Source: Klebsormidium nitens (Eukaryota; Plantae; Klebsormidiophyceae). Taken from it: 64,000 bases of DNA. Positions 19,443 through 33,000 of this stretch are shown in pieces (positions within the stretch are counted from its first letter, which is position 1; each line of letters starts with the position of its first letter). The stretch covers positions 265,006 to 329,005 of the forward strand of contig DF236981.1 in the NCBI GenBank assembly GCA_000708835.1, read 5' to 3'. The notes under the pieces are model-generated. The model saw nothing but the letters and a program-made list of their open reading frames with translations, was not told the origin of the DNA and did no database searches. The position numbers and the translations under genes were made by a program.

Positions 19443-20100
19443 TCTGCCCAACTTTTCTCAGGCTTCGATCCAGCTGCAGACCGAAGCGTTGAAGCGCCTG
19501 CAAAACGTGCTGTTGAACTAAGTTCGAGGTAAATGCTCAGATCTTCAGGACCAGATTTTGGACTTTAGGGTTTACGTATCGCTGCAAAGATCATTACCGT
19601 TCTGGCGGCCGGCCCGGCCTTCAATGTCAAGATCGTTACCGTGATCACCGGCAGCTCAGGCCCGCCAATCAAGGGGGGCGGCCGGCAAATCTACCGTCTC
19701 CTGGGGTTATATTTCGACACCAAGCGTTCCCCATGACCTGGTTCACGAAATTTGTGCGCCGATCTAGTCAGGCAACTCTGTGCACATTGACATAAGTAGC
19801 TATGCTGGCCCGCCTGCCATGATGCTCCATCTTCAAGCGCACTTGTCACACTCGGCGCATTTCGTCCTCTCGATTCCTTGGCTCGCTGCTACAGGGACTG
19901 AACCGCCGCCGAGAAAGCCTCCATTCATCCTGATTGCTCTTTGTCTTTGAAGGTTCACGTCAAATATCTGCCCTATATCTGCTCGCTTCAACTGTTCTGT
20001 CTCTTCTATACTCAAGGTCCTTCGAGGCAAAACGTACCTGGTGGCTCTGCACGTTCCGCTGCATTAAAGTAAAAACAAGTGGCACTTCTAAAGTTCCGCC

Positions 20101-23100
20101 ATGACGCTGCTCGAAGAGGCGGATGGGATCTTGGAAGATGTTGAGGCACTGGAAAAGGTGAGTACTTCCTGCACTATAAATGATAGCCCCGTTTGAGATC
20201 GTTGTGAGGCCACTTCGATCTTAAACGTACTCAGGTTTTCAGGCTATTTTGATCTTAAACGTTGTGTCAGACCATTTTGATCTTAAAAGCTGAATTTCTG
20301 AGATCAAAACGGCCTCAGCAAACGATCTTAAACCGGGTATTGATTTATAGTGCTGGTTCTTCGCGAAGATACGGAGTGAACTTCGAAGCTGTACGTACCT
20401 GTAGAAAAGCTCTGTCTGCAAGCTACACATGATCGGTTTGAATTTGCAGCATAAAGAGAATTACCAACTGCACTGATCTGGTGGAAGCATACTGCGGTCT
20501 TTGCATTCTCGAGTGTATTCCCTGGACCTCTGGAATAAGGAATCAATATTTCTATCCCGCATATCGAGATGCTCACCAACTGACCGTGGGAAGGTTTTTA
20601 TTTAAGGAGTACAACGGGATCGTCTCTACGAACGCCGATCTGAGAGGACTACTTACAGAGTACGAGATGAAGAACAGGGTTTTGGAGGAGAGATGCTCGG
20701 ATCTTGAAAAAGGTGTGTCTGCAGACAGCTACATGCAAGGAACCGATTGACGTGGACACTGAAAAATGCGATGAGATATCCGCAAGAAGACTTGATGTTA
20801 GTGAGGCAGGTGGCATTGTCATTGATCATGTGTGCCGAAGGCCAGGTGTGAGACACTCACGCCCGAGTGCTGAGTGAGCAGCGCAATCATCCAAGAAAGG
20901 GAGACAATCCGGCGAAGGCTTTGCAAGAAGTTGTTGTGCGAAAAGTCTCATCATCATTGGTGTCGCAGAGGAGACGAGTCGATGCTGTCTTTTAACTCAT
21001 CGTCTCCTGGAAGAAAGCGGGTATTATGGCAACATCTTATGCGCAGAAACTCTCACTTTTTGATCTGCAGAGAGGACACGACTTTTGGAACTACAGGAGG
21101 AGTCAATCAAGACTGCTTCGGCTCAGGTACGCTCCTACTTCATCGCTGATAAGCTCCACAAGCACGTTGGGAATACTTCTCGATAAGATTTATCCTCTCA
21201 CCGAAGACAGGAGCCTCGAGTTGGATGGGGTCCATCCTGTACCTTTGGCAGTTTCGAAAGACTTCGACCGGGATAAACAGATGAAATCTCCTCCAACTTT
21301 CTGGGAATTGCCACCAACACAATCGTACCTATGACGCAGTACAACTTCCGGGAAAAGTACGAAGCACTCTTGCTTTCATCGTCCAACGAAATCAAGGAGC
21401 TTCGGAATGAGTCTCGAAAAACCGCTCAGGTGAGGACCTTCGCGTGCGCTTCGGCACAAGCTGAAACACTCACCTTGACAAATACATGAGCCGGTGGCGT
21501 TGGATGGCGTTGCAGGGTGCTTGAGGTAGCCGTTGGATTTCAATGTCGTCCCACAGATCCTGCTGACATTGACGCCTGTTGACTCTGGCAGGCTTACGAG
21601 ATCCAGCTCCAAGTGCAGCGTGACAGTGAGACCGCCGAGAGGGCACTCAGAAACGCTGAGATCGAGTAAGAACGAGTGATAGCTGCTTTAAGCTCTCCAC
21701 TCAGAGTTTTGCGAACGTTCGGATCCATAATCACTGAAGCTAGGATCTTGCTCAACAGAATAATAGAGATAACTTTCCTGCACTGACTCTATACTGGAGC
21801 ATCGAATCTTTGACCCATTTTCATGATCCAACTTACAAGTGGAGGTTAAAGGAGTACTTGATTTGCTCCACTCTCTTGCAAAAGCATGCAGAAAAAGTGC
21901 TCCGAACAGGATGACATCATCAAAATTTTGAGGAAGAATCTGAATGGCGCTCAAAGAGACATGCTCGAGGCCAAGCGAGAGAAAGAGGAAGCCCAGTCAA
22001 AAGAGCGCTTAAAATGTGAGCATTCACACACGGACTGCAAAAGTACAAGGCTTCGAAAATCAAAGAATCCATGCGAAGGGACGTACATTGCCTTACTGCG
22101 AGACCTGAGTGTGAGGATTGCACGTTCTGGAAATGCGGCTAATGATATACCATTGCACATGCCCTCTCAAATCGAAACGAAGGAGAATAGCGCAAGATGG
22201 ACATCCCAGCCTTGCACAAGACTACTTCTGCACGTAGATCTGAAGAGCGCGTATTACATGTTGCAGATCAAGCAGAAGTGGGACGGTTGCAGAGCAACGT
22301 GAAGTCTCTCGAGGAGTCGAAGGCGGAGTTGCACGAGAAGCTCAAGAACGCTGAGCACGAAGGTAAGACGTGTCGCTTATCCAGTTTCAGGTCGACAAAG
22401 CCCGCTTTACAAGCTTGAAAGAAAAAGGAACAGAGCATCTCTAGCCACGGCCAGTGAAAAGATGGTTGTGAAGGTTGTGCTCTGATCCTCAGGTCAGTCA
22501 GACCTACGCCACGTCTGTTCAAGAGGAGAGCTGGCTCACGCTCGTCGGAAAGGACGACAGTGAAAGTCTTGAGCAGGAGGGAAAGTGTAGCACACCGCCT
22601 GATATTGACTTTTGTTGCTTATGCAGCGATGACAGCGCGGATGAAGGTAAGCACAAGCCTTGTCTCGTTCTTGTCGTTAGCTATACACGAGCTTGGATCT
22701 CCTCCCGTAGGCAGCAGTACTCCCATCGTGATGCGCGTTTTCGAATTTCTGTAACTTTCCTGCTTCCTGATGTCCTTCTCCTCAACAGTTCGAAGAGCAG
22801 CTTCGAGATTCAGGATCAAGCAGACTCGTCGAAATCTTCAAGCAGAAGGTCATGCAGCTCCGGGTAAGGCTCTCAACCGTGCAATTCTGTTCGTCGCAAA
22901 GGATGAATGAAGAGAAAAGAAAATGTCGATCCTGAACAAAGACACTTTCTTGCGGAAGATGCAAATATCGTGCGTGAGACGGGACATGAGCCGTCTTTTT
23001 CCAGATGCTGCCCAAATCAAATCTGCTTCTGATGCGCTGTACGCGGACAACCTGGCAAGCAAGCAGTAAACATCGATTGTAAAGGTTAGGCTTGTCACTT

Positions 23101-23197
23101 GGTCCTACTGACGAGGGTGTTAACTGGCCGTTCTTGACAGCGAGAAAACGAGGATCTGAAAAGGCGGCTCCAAAATGCCGTTATACGGCCTACATGA
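20101..23197 (+). CDS. 4/1-like coiled-coil protein (At-4/1 family), 253 aa
   Basis: Ten exons totalling 762 nt: 20101-20157, 20607-20712, 21071-21126, 21340-21429, 21592-21665, 21885-22015, 22267-22362, 22627-22646, 22789-22863, 23141-23197. The C-terminus QLRDSGSSRLVEIFKQKVMQLRRENEDLKRRL resembles the conserved 4/1 C-terminal coil as I recall it, and the length matches. Confidence 0.75.
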
Positions 23198-24093
23198 GGA
23201 CACTTAGGCAGTGAAGCATGCTGCCTAGGACTTCTTTCTTGAAGTGCAGTTAGACGCGTGTTTAGATGAAGAATCCCAAAGGCGCTAGCTCATACAATTG
23301 ATCGAGTATCAGGTAATTGTAGGTAGCTAGCGCAACATATGATCGGGACGCAATTCAATGACTGCAGTTCATGGGCATGGCCATGACTGCGCGCGCGCTC
23401 AGATTGTCGGATCGAACATTCACATGCTGTTAAGCGAATGCCATGCAGGGGCCGCGGCGGTCACACTAGGACTTTCTCGTATAAGGTTTATTTTCATTAT
23501 GCAATCTGACTGGTATACTCCATGGCCGAATTCGAAGGAGAAACCACATGATTGATTATCTCTCATACTATAACATTCAATTATCCGGCCACTGTGGTCT
23601 GGCACTTGTGCTTGCAGACGCCGGGTGCCAGTGCGCATGGCACGTACGGGCCAAGCAGATCAGTGTTCATCACATGCGGCACAACGGTCAGCCTGCGCAA
23701 GGACTGAATGCGCGCAGGGTCGCCGCAGCTGCCATCCTGGTGCGACGGTGATATGCAACGACCCCGGCCGTGCAGCATCCGTGAGATAGTAGAACACGCA
23801 TTCCAAGCGTGGGGGAATCATCGCTGAGCCCGGATCGAGTGACTAGGAAATGATGGCTTGTTACAAAACCCGTCGAAGATCAAAAGACGGATCCTTTGCT
23901 GAGTGCCGTGACAACACGTGGTCGACTCTGCTAATGCTCGCCCGGATAATAGTTACTTGGTTGATAGTTACTTGGTTGATATAGTCTGTACAGCTTTGCT
24001 GACGTACGAAGTGTTTCCTAGCAGTTAAACAGAAAGTTACTTTCCAATCCATGATACAATGTGCAATCTCAAATAAAAACCGGTTTGCAGGCC

Positions 24094-27000
24094 CTATCGG
24101 CTGGGCTTTTTGCTATGCCCCCCGCCACCTTTCAACCGCTTCAACTCCTGCACAACCTCCTCCCGGTGCGCCTCCACCTCCGCGCACTTCAAACTGAGGC
24201 TCGTGTACCGCTGCTGTAAATCTTGCAGATCGCTCTCCAGCCTCCTCGCGAGCTGCTTTTTCATTTTGAGCTCCTCTAGGATGACGTCCACGTCGCCGCC
24301 CATGTTCCCGAACGCGGCCTGCGCGACATTCTGGTGCGTCGACAGCGCAGCCTTGAGCTGTTCCTTGTACATCATGTTGGCTTCCGCCGCCTCCTGCAGC
24401 TCCATCTCCAGAGTGTGAAGCCGCTCGATGGTCTTGGCGCGCTCGCCGTACTGGCGGTACAGGCTGATCTTTTGGAAGAGGTCGTCGTTGGCCTGCAAAA
24501 GCATGGGAGACATGATATGAGGTTCATAGGCACCTTAACCCGGCTTTTTGGAGCACCTTAACCTGACTTCTTTGAGAGTCGGACGTGGACCCATTGATGA
24601 CATCGCCAACTTCTCGATGACCCTCGGCTCGCCACGCACACTGACAGCTCATGAGCAACGTGTGAGAGATCTGCGGCGCAGACCTCAACATGTCGCCCGT
24701 GCACGTGGCCGTGGCCGTGCTCGTGCACACGACACGTGGCATCTCCATGCGCTTCCCGAACATGATGAGGGTGGGAGCCACGTCCTTCCTCTATTAATCT
24801 GACGTCGCGCATTTTCTGATAGAGGTGATTCCTTGAAGACCTCTAAGAGTCACACTAACCTAATGCGAATCTTGGTTAAGCTAGGACGACCGGATCCCTC
24901 ACCTCCTGCAGGCGCAGCACCTCTTCCTCGAGCACCTCTTGGAGGCCCAGTTGCGACTGCAGCTTGCATGGGCTGCGCTTCTCATAAGCTATAATACCCT
25001 TCAATACGCTATAAGCCATAACCCCTCACCTCCTGCAGGCGCAGCACCTCTTCCTCGAGCACCTCTTGCACCCCGAGTCGCAACTGCAGCTCGCATGGGC
25101 TGCGCTTCTCATAAGCTATAATACCCTTCAATACGCCATGAGCCATAACCCCTCACCTCCTGCAGGCGCAGCACCTCTTCCTCGAGCACCTCTTGCAGGC
25201 CCAGTTGCGACTGCAGCTCGCGCTCGCTGCGCATGAGCGCCGCGTTCTGGTTCTGCAGCCGTAGCAGCTCCGACCGCAGCTGGTCCATGCCCAGGTCGAA
25301 GCCGCCACGTGCCAGCTGCTCGTTGGCCGCCTGCAAAAGAGCGCAGACAATTGCAGATTTTGAAGGGTCGACTCGACGGATGTAAGTTGGCAAAATGTTA
25401 GCGGAAGCGGTTCTTAGGTGGAGCGTATGAAGTGCCAGGTCAACCCGGGGAGCGCTAGCTGCTCAACAACGGCCTACGGGGAACAAACGCATGTTGTAGG
25501 GGGATGGTTACCCACCAGGGTTTGCGAATAAAAGATGAAGTTTCTGGACCGGTGTATGTCACAATATCATGTCCGAACTCTGTGCGAGCAAAACCAGGTC
25601 CACGAGCGAGTCGATTAACAATGTTTGTCTTCGAGATAAACTTAGACAAAGATTATCACATTTCTAGTACCTAAGCTAGCACAATTAGAAGGCGTGCTAA
25701 CGACCGTGTCACAGCAATCCTAGTCTGCCGGTCTAGCCACCCCTGTCCACACTCTCAAACAATCATTCCGATTGCAGCAGTCCGACGTAGTACCGATAAA
25801 AGCACGTTCGACGGTCTTCAAGCTTCCAGGCTCGGCGCCACCTCACCTGCAACCGGTCCACTTCCGCCAGGAGGCCTCGTTCCCGCTCAACCGCCTCCTT
25901 TTTGGCCTTTTCCAGCAGCCCAATCACCTTCTTCAGGTCGCCCTCCAGGGCCTTCACCCTGTGCTGCAGATCCGCGCGCTTCGCCTCCATCGCGGCCGGC
26001 GACCCGGGGCTCTCGGGGGGATCCCCCGGGGACTCCGCCCGGCCGTTCCGGCTCTGCGCGAACGTCCTCCGAGTGCCCGGGGAAAGTAACGACCGGCCGC
26101 TAGGGCTGACTAGCAGCGCGGGCTCCGCCGAGGTGACGCCGCGGGTAATCAGAGAGACACTGCGCGAAACCCCGGGTCGATTCGCCGGGGAGATGACCCC
26201 CTCTTCCCGGGCTTCTTGCAACCGACGTTCGGCGCCCGCCAGCTGTTCGGTCTTGTTCTGGAGCTCCGTCTCGAGCATCGTGACTTTCATGCGCAGCTCC
26301 GAGAGAGCGTTCCCGTCGTCGGGGGGTGCGCCCGAGCTGAACCGCCGCCCGCCGACGGATTTGAGCTCCGTCTCTAGTTCGATCAGCCGGTGCTTCAGCT
26401 CGAAGTTCTCGTCCCGCAACTCGTCCGACTCTACGGAAGCGCTGTTCGCTGCCTGCATCGCCAACCGCTTTGCGCTCGCCTTCTCGTTCTCAACCGTCGC
26501 TTTCAACTCCTCGATCTCGCGCTCCAGCTCCGCCGTCGATGCCGCAATCGACGCTTGCATCCCCTCTATAAGGCTTTTGATCTCCGCCTCTAGTTCCTTG
26601 ACCGCCGTTTCCTTCTCCGCTGCCGCAGCCGCCAGCACCGCAGCCATCTGAGATTTCAACTCAGCCGTCGATTCTGCCAGTTGGCGCTCCGTGGCTGCGC
26701 GGCCTTCCAACGCTTTCTCTAGCTCAGCCCGCGCCCCCGCCAGCTCAGCGCTCACCCGCGCCACGTCAGCGCCCAACCGGTCCACGTCCGCACTCTTTTC
26801 CGCCAGATCCGCGCGCAGCTTCTCCGTCTCGCACGCCGCCTGCGTCCGGTGCTCAGTCAACTCGCGCCCGACGGACGTGGACGCCTTTCGCTCCGCCTCT
26901 AGTTCCTCCTGGTGCCGCGCCAGCTCAGCGGCGGTAGTGCTGAGGTCAGCGTGCTTGGTTTCGAGCTCGGACCGCAGGGCGTGGTGCTCTTTTTGCAGTG

Positions 27001-30000
27001 CCGCAAACTGTGACGCTGCGGCAGCTGCCGCTGTCGCGGCGGCGACCTCGAGGGCCCTCGCTTTATCACTGTACCCAGAGTCGGCTTCTTTTCTTAACTG
27101 CTCGGCGCCATGAATCCCCTGCACGAATTTTGCAGTCCAAGTAAGACCAGATCAAGCAAAGAAAGAATACTGGCCAGAAACAAATTCTGCTCCGGCAACG
27201 CGTCAGTTGTGACACCTCCAAGTGCTTCCTCGCTGCACTCATAGCGCTGCACGCACAGGGCGTTCTGCAGAAAGTTGACGCCGTCCCTTATAGCTCTGAT
27301 TTCAGCAGTCAGGAGGTTGCAGCCGATTCCAAGTACAAAATCAATCCACCACTACTGGGCTGCTTGTCAATGTATGAAAACGGGCCTGTCCTTCTGCACT
27401 AGTGTCACACGAAGCAACCAGGAAGGGAAAAGTCGAAGAAGAGCCCGCATTGAAGAAGCATTGGCGGACGTCCGCGATTCATCAATTGCCGGCGTCCCAA
27501 GCTCGCTTCCCTTCAAGTGAAAATTTCAGAACGAATAAATAACACAAATAACCAAAGGTCACAAGAAGTTGCTCTGAGTGCGTCAAGAACCGTTCCTTGC
27601 TGCGAAAGCGTGCACTGATCAGTCTCTCTGACGACGTGAAATGCGGAAGGCACATAAGTGCAGGATGTTTACCTGCTGGAGCTCCTCCCTCTCCCGCTGC
27701 AGTCCCTCCACGGCACTCCGCGCTTCCGCCAGCTGTGACGTCAGCTCCCCGACCCGCGTTTCCAGCCCCGCCACCTGTTCGTTTAGCGCCGCCCTCTCTT
27801 TGTCCGCCTCGACCGCTCTCGCCTCCAACCCCCTCTTCTCCCTTACAAGCTCAAGAAGTTCTTTCCCGGAATCTTGATGATCCGCCTCGACCTTCCGCTT
27901 CTCCGCTTCCATAGCCGCAAACTCCTGCTGCACCTTTGCCAGCGCCCCGCCCGTCTCTTTCAGCGACATTTGCGCCGCCCCTAGTTCGGTCTCCACCCCT
28001 GTCCGTGCCTTGCTTTCCTTTTCCAGAGACGCTTTGAGCACGTCTACCTCCGACTCTAGTTCTTGTTTCGCGCTGCTTAGTTCGTCAATCGAGCGCTGCA
28101 GCTCGATTGACGCCTTCGCAACGTTCGCAAGCTCCGCACTTTTCTTTTCCAACTCAGCTTCCAGCACTTTGATCCTCTCCCCCTGGGCTTTGCTTTCCTT
28201 TTCGAGGGTATCAGTAAGGCTCCCAACCTGCCCCCCCAGAGCTCGCTTCTCTTCCAACAACTCGTCAACCTGTTTCTGCAACGCCGCCCCCTGCCCCCCG
28301 AGCTCTTTTCCCCGAACCTCTAGAGCTTCCTTGGCCGCAGTCAGCGCCAACACCACGGCAGCAGACTCCTCTAGCCTTCCTTCGAGCGCACTCCTCTCTG
28401 CACCCCACGCTTCCCCTTTGTTCATCAGCTCAGACTTCCAAGCCTTCTCCTTTTCGTCAGTGTCAGCCTCTGCTTTTGCTATCACTTCCCCCAACTTCCT
28501 TTCAAGTTCTTCCCTCTCGGCACCCGTTTTCTTCATTGTTTCTGCCCCCTCTAGCTTCAAAGTGGTAATCTGCCCCTCCAACCGTTCCCGTTCCACTCGC
28601 CAGCCGTCTCCTTTTTCCGCCGCCTCTCGTTCCGCCTTCCTGACCGCCTCCTCCAGGCTCCTGTTCAAATCTTCCCTCTCCCCTCGCCACTTTTCCCTAC
28701 TCTCCGCCGCGACTAGTTCCGCTCCATTCAGCTGCTCGTTCGCTTCTTTGAGGTCAGCTTCCAGTCCCCTAACCCTCTCCTCTAACCCTTCCTCCCTCTC
28801 CTTGGCCGCACTCAGATCCGCCCCAAGCGACTTAACCGACTTTTCCAACTCGCTAACCACCCCCTGCAACTCCTTCTCGTCATCAGCGTACTTCCTGAGC
28901 CGCTCCTCTAGTTCCGCTTTCTCGGCCCGCACCGTCGTTGCTGACATCAGCGCTTCCGAGACCGTCTTCTCCTTGTCGCTCGCCCCCGCCTGGAACTTCT
29001 CGTGCAACGTGCGCATCTCCTCTTCCAGCCGCTCGACCGCCGCTGTCTTATCCGCGTGCGAGCGCGACAGCTCCGTTTTCAGATGCTCGACCTCGGCACT
29101 CAGGCTCTCTTTCTGAGCACCTAAGCTTTCCTTCTCTTCCATGAGCTCCTTGACCTTTTCATTTAACCCCGCCTCCGCTTTCTGGCTCTCCCTCTCCAGA
29201 ACTGCAAATGAGGCCTGGAGTGCGCTCAATTGAGCGGCCACAGCCGCCTTGCTTTCCGACACCCCCACATGAGCAGCCTCCGCACCTGCTAACCGCTCCC
29301 TTAACCCGCTGACGTCACTCTCGAGCTCCGCAACGTGCGCCCGAACGCTCTCGAGCTCTGCAGCCAGCGCACTTCTCTCTCCCTCTAGTTCGTTTACTTT
29401 CTCCCTCAACTTTGTCTCGGCCTCTGCACCCTTCTTCGTTGCCGCCGCAGCTGCCAACTGTGCCGCGGCTAACTCCGCGGTTAGCGAAGCAACCCTGTCC
29501 AGCGCCCCCTTGTGCGCCTCTTCCGACTGGCCCAGCCTCTCTTGCAACTCGCTCATCTCCGTGTCGAGGTCCAATGCGCGCGCCTCCACCTCCTGCTTGC
29601 TGCTCGCGTGCTGATGCAACTGTGATGTCAGCAGCCCCAGCTGCGCCGTCAGCCCCTTGTGGTCGCCCGTAAGAGCGCCTAGCCGTGTCTCCAAATCCGA
29701 CTTGGCGGCCGAGTGCTCGCTGGACTCCTTTCGGACCGTGTCCAAGTCGCCAGTCAACGTCTGAACCTCCGACTCTAGTTGCTGAATCTTGGTCAAGGAT
29801 TGGGTCAACTCCGCAGCCACAGCAGCCTTCTCCTCGTTCGTTTCCTCGACAAGCACTGTTAATTCGCTAACCCGGCCTTTCAGCTCCTTAACCAAACTCT
29901 CCTTCTCCGCAACCTCCCCTTCAAACGCCTTGCACCGTTCGGTTTGGGCGCTCAGCTCCGCAGTTATGCTATTAACCTCCTTTTCCAACCCGCCGACCAC

Positions 30001-33000
30001 ACCTTCCTGCTCCGTAACCCACTTTCTTAACCCCTCGCTGACCACCGCCTCTTCCTCGTGCCGCTTCACCGCAGCATCTTTCGAAACGGTCAACTCCTCG
30101 TGCTTACCCCTTAAGTCCTGGTGCTCCTCCTCTAACCGCGTCTTAACCTCCGATAACCCGTCATGGGTCTCCCTCAACTCCCGCAGCATGCTTTCCAACT
30201 CTGACTTGGCGGTCTCAGCGCTCGCCAGCTGTCCTTTCAGCTCCTCTTTCTCCTTGACGTGTTCTTCCGTTTCCTTGGTTAACCGCTCGATCTCTTCCTC
30301 TAACCCCTGAACCTTAACCCCTGCCAGCGCACCCTCCTGCATCGCAAAGCTCATCCGACGGTGCACGGCTTCCTTCGCGGCAGCCTGCTCCTCAATCTGG
30401 GTCGTCAGCTTCGCCACCTGTCAAAAAATGAAGCTTTTGTCAGAAGAAAAGCGATGCAAGTCATCGAAGAGTCCCCCTTTTCTTACTTGTGCTTGAAGCC
30501 AGCAAGGGCCATCCGACTCAAACCTTTTCCAACTGCAAACACCAAGACGGATGCGCTCGATTGCAACATCACTTTGGCCTCCTGTCCTCCTATCCATTCA
30601 CCACCCTTCAGGTATTGCCACAAAAGCTGTTTCCCCCTTGTCTCATGAACACTTCCACGTCCTTGAAAAGATACCAAACAAAAACTTGAACTCTTCTTGT
30701 GCCTTCGGCTTTGCAGGTTTTTGGCATCAACTCTTTACGTCCATGCCACTATACGTGGGTGTTGTTTCCCCGCAACCTACCTGCAACTCAAGCTTCTTGA
30801 TCTTCTGCTGGCTCTCTTTCGGTGTAGTGGCCCGGTCCCCTGCCCCAATGGCCCCTGTTACTGCGCCCATTGCCGCCGTGCTTGCTGCCAGGTCGCGGCT
30901 CGTTGTGCCAGCCTTGCCCTCGTTGCCTGCCAGCTGTTGCTTGTGTTCCTCCAGGAGCGCAGCCAGCTCCAAACCCTGAAAAGATTGGGCAAGAAACGAC
31001 ATCATTACGATGCAAACGACTTTGATTGCTTGTTGGATCTCCTGTGGCAACTGGTCAAATCTGGCAACTCCCTGAAACGCTTTTTAGGAAAGCTATCTCA
31101 CTGATCGACAAGAAGGGAGACCAGAAACACGGCTCGAAAAGAAGTCAGGACTTGCAAAGACTTTGAACTCCATTGCAATTAAGGTGATCAAAAAGGTCAA
31201 TGATCTCAGTAAACGAGATTTGCATCATGCAAGTTGACCAAGAGCTTTTGAACAAGTTTCCAAAAGTATACTTGGCAGGTTGATTACTGATAAGAACACA
31301 CAGGACCAATGCTTGTGAAATAATCCGGAACAGCATGGTAATTGACACGAGCAGAAATCCAATTGACTCAAACGAATCAGCATGAGATTGATTTGATGAA
31401 AGCAGAATGAATCCGACGTAAGGCAAGATAAATTCTCAATACAGGGTCTCCGGCGCTCAACTCTTCAGACCTAAACCGTCTTCTTCACAAACGAAGTCCC
31501 CAACACCAAGTCAACCCGCCAAGAAACGCCCTCACCTTGCTCTTATGCATCTCCACCTCCTTCAGCAGACTCCCGGCCTTCTCCTCATGGCTCGCCCGCT
31601 CTGTCACCGCCTTCTCTAGTCGCCCGCTAACCTCGGCTATGCGTGCCTCGTGACCTGCTACCTCGGCGGCGAGGTCCTCCGCCCGTCGCCGGAACTCGTC
31701 CGCTTGCGCCTGCGCGTCCTCTACTAGCGAGTGCAACTCCTCGATGCGCGCGTTCAGCTCCTCGTTTTCCTCCACCTTGTACCGCATCTCCGCCGTAACT
31801 TCGTCCAGCTGCGACTGCAGTACCCGCACCTTCTCTGCTCCTTCCTTTCCAGACGCATCGGACTCGTCCGAGCCCTTGGTTAGCTCCTTAACCCGCTCCT
31901 CCAATGTCTTAACCTCGTCCTTAAGTGCATTCTCCTTGCCCGCGTACTCTTTGGCCATCTGACTCTCCACGCGCAGCGACTCGTTCAACTGCGCCGTAAC
32001 CGACGCCATCGCCGCCTCTAACCCCTCGATCTTCTCCTCGTACTGCTGCTTCTCGGCGCTAACCTGGTCCGCTAACCCCGCCCTCTGCGCCGCTAACTCC
32101 GCCTCGAGCGCCTCCTTCTCCTTCTCCAGCTGACCCACCCGCTGTTCCAGTTCCTTCTCGAGCTCGCTAACCCGCTCCTCTAACCCGCTTCTCAACCCGG
32201 TCACCTCCTCGTGCTTCGCTTCCAACTCTTGCTTCGCGGAGTGCAGCTCTCCCCACTCGGCGAGGTGTTTCCGCTGCAGTTCCTGCTCTTTCTCGCCGTG
32301 CCGCATCTCAAGGGCGCGCAGGGTCAACACGTGTTTAGACTCTAACCCCTTCTTTTCGGACTGCGCCTGCTCGAGCGCGTCTTCAAGAGCCGCCAGCTCC
32401 TCAACCATCTCCCGCGACTTCTCAGTGAACTCGAGCTGTGCGAGTTTGAGCCGCTCGTCCGCCTCGAAAGCAGTACCCTGCAGAGAGACGAGACGCTTTG
32501 TAACGGACAGACAGATGGTGCTATAGAGATTCTCCTTCCAGAGGCTTCAAATTGTAGCACCCTACAGAGAGACAAGATGTTTTGTTACGACCGACAGATG
32601 TGCTTTTACGAGTCGCCTTGCAAACGTTTCAGCGAAAAGCGACTCACAAAGCGAAGCAAGAATGGACCAGATTGCAGCATCAAACCATACAGTAGAGGGA
32701 AAAGTGCTCCCGAAAGGAAACTGAGGAGTGAGCACAGCTGAGTAAAACGGACACCCTGGAGCAAACGCCCTTGCCGACTCCTGTCTTTGAAAACAGACGC
32801 TCGACCTAGACCGACGAAGTGGACCATCGGGAAAACCCTCCGCCTTGCTCATTCTAAGCCTGCCCTCACCCTGCAACGAGCTCCGCACAACGCATGCCCT
32901 TCAGCCAGGAGCGCAAACTCATAGAAATGGGAACCTAGATTTCTGTAACCCTTGCTGCCTTACCTCCGCTTTGCTGACGAGGGAGCTCTGGTGGTTCAGC

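Noticed and set aside
20875-20920. Candidate extra 4/1 exon (SSAIIQERETIRRR)
   Set aside because: Exons 20607-20712 and 21071-21126 already join in phase to give LEKERTRLLEL. The candidate lacks a phase-compatible GT donor.
23948-23985. 15-nt direct repeat atagttacttggttg, two copies
   Set aside because: Ordinary short slippage duplication in a 3' intergenic region.
24558-24812. His-rich ORF (HEHGHGHVHGRH) suggesting a metal-binding peptide
   Set aside because: It is short, intronic and starts at a non-ATG codon, with no supported splice context. The region is kept only as a low-interest compositional anomaly.
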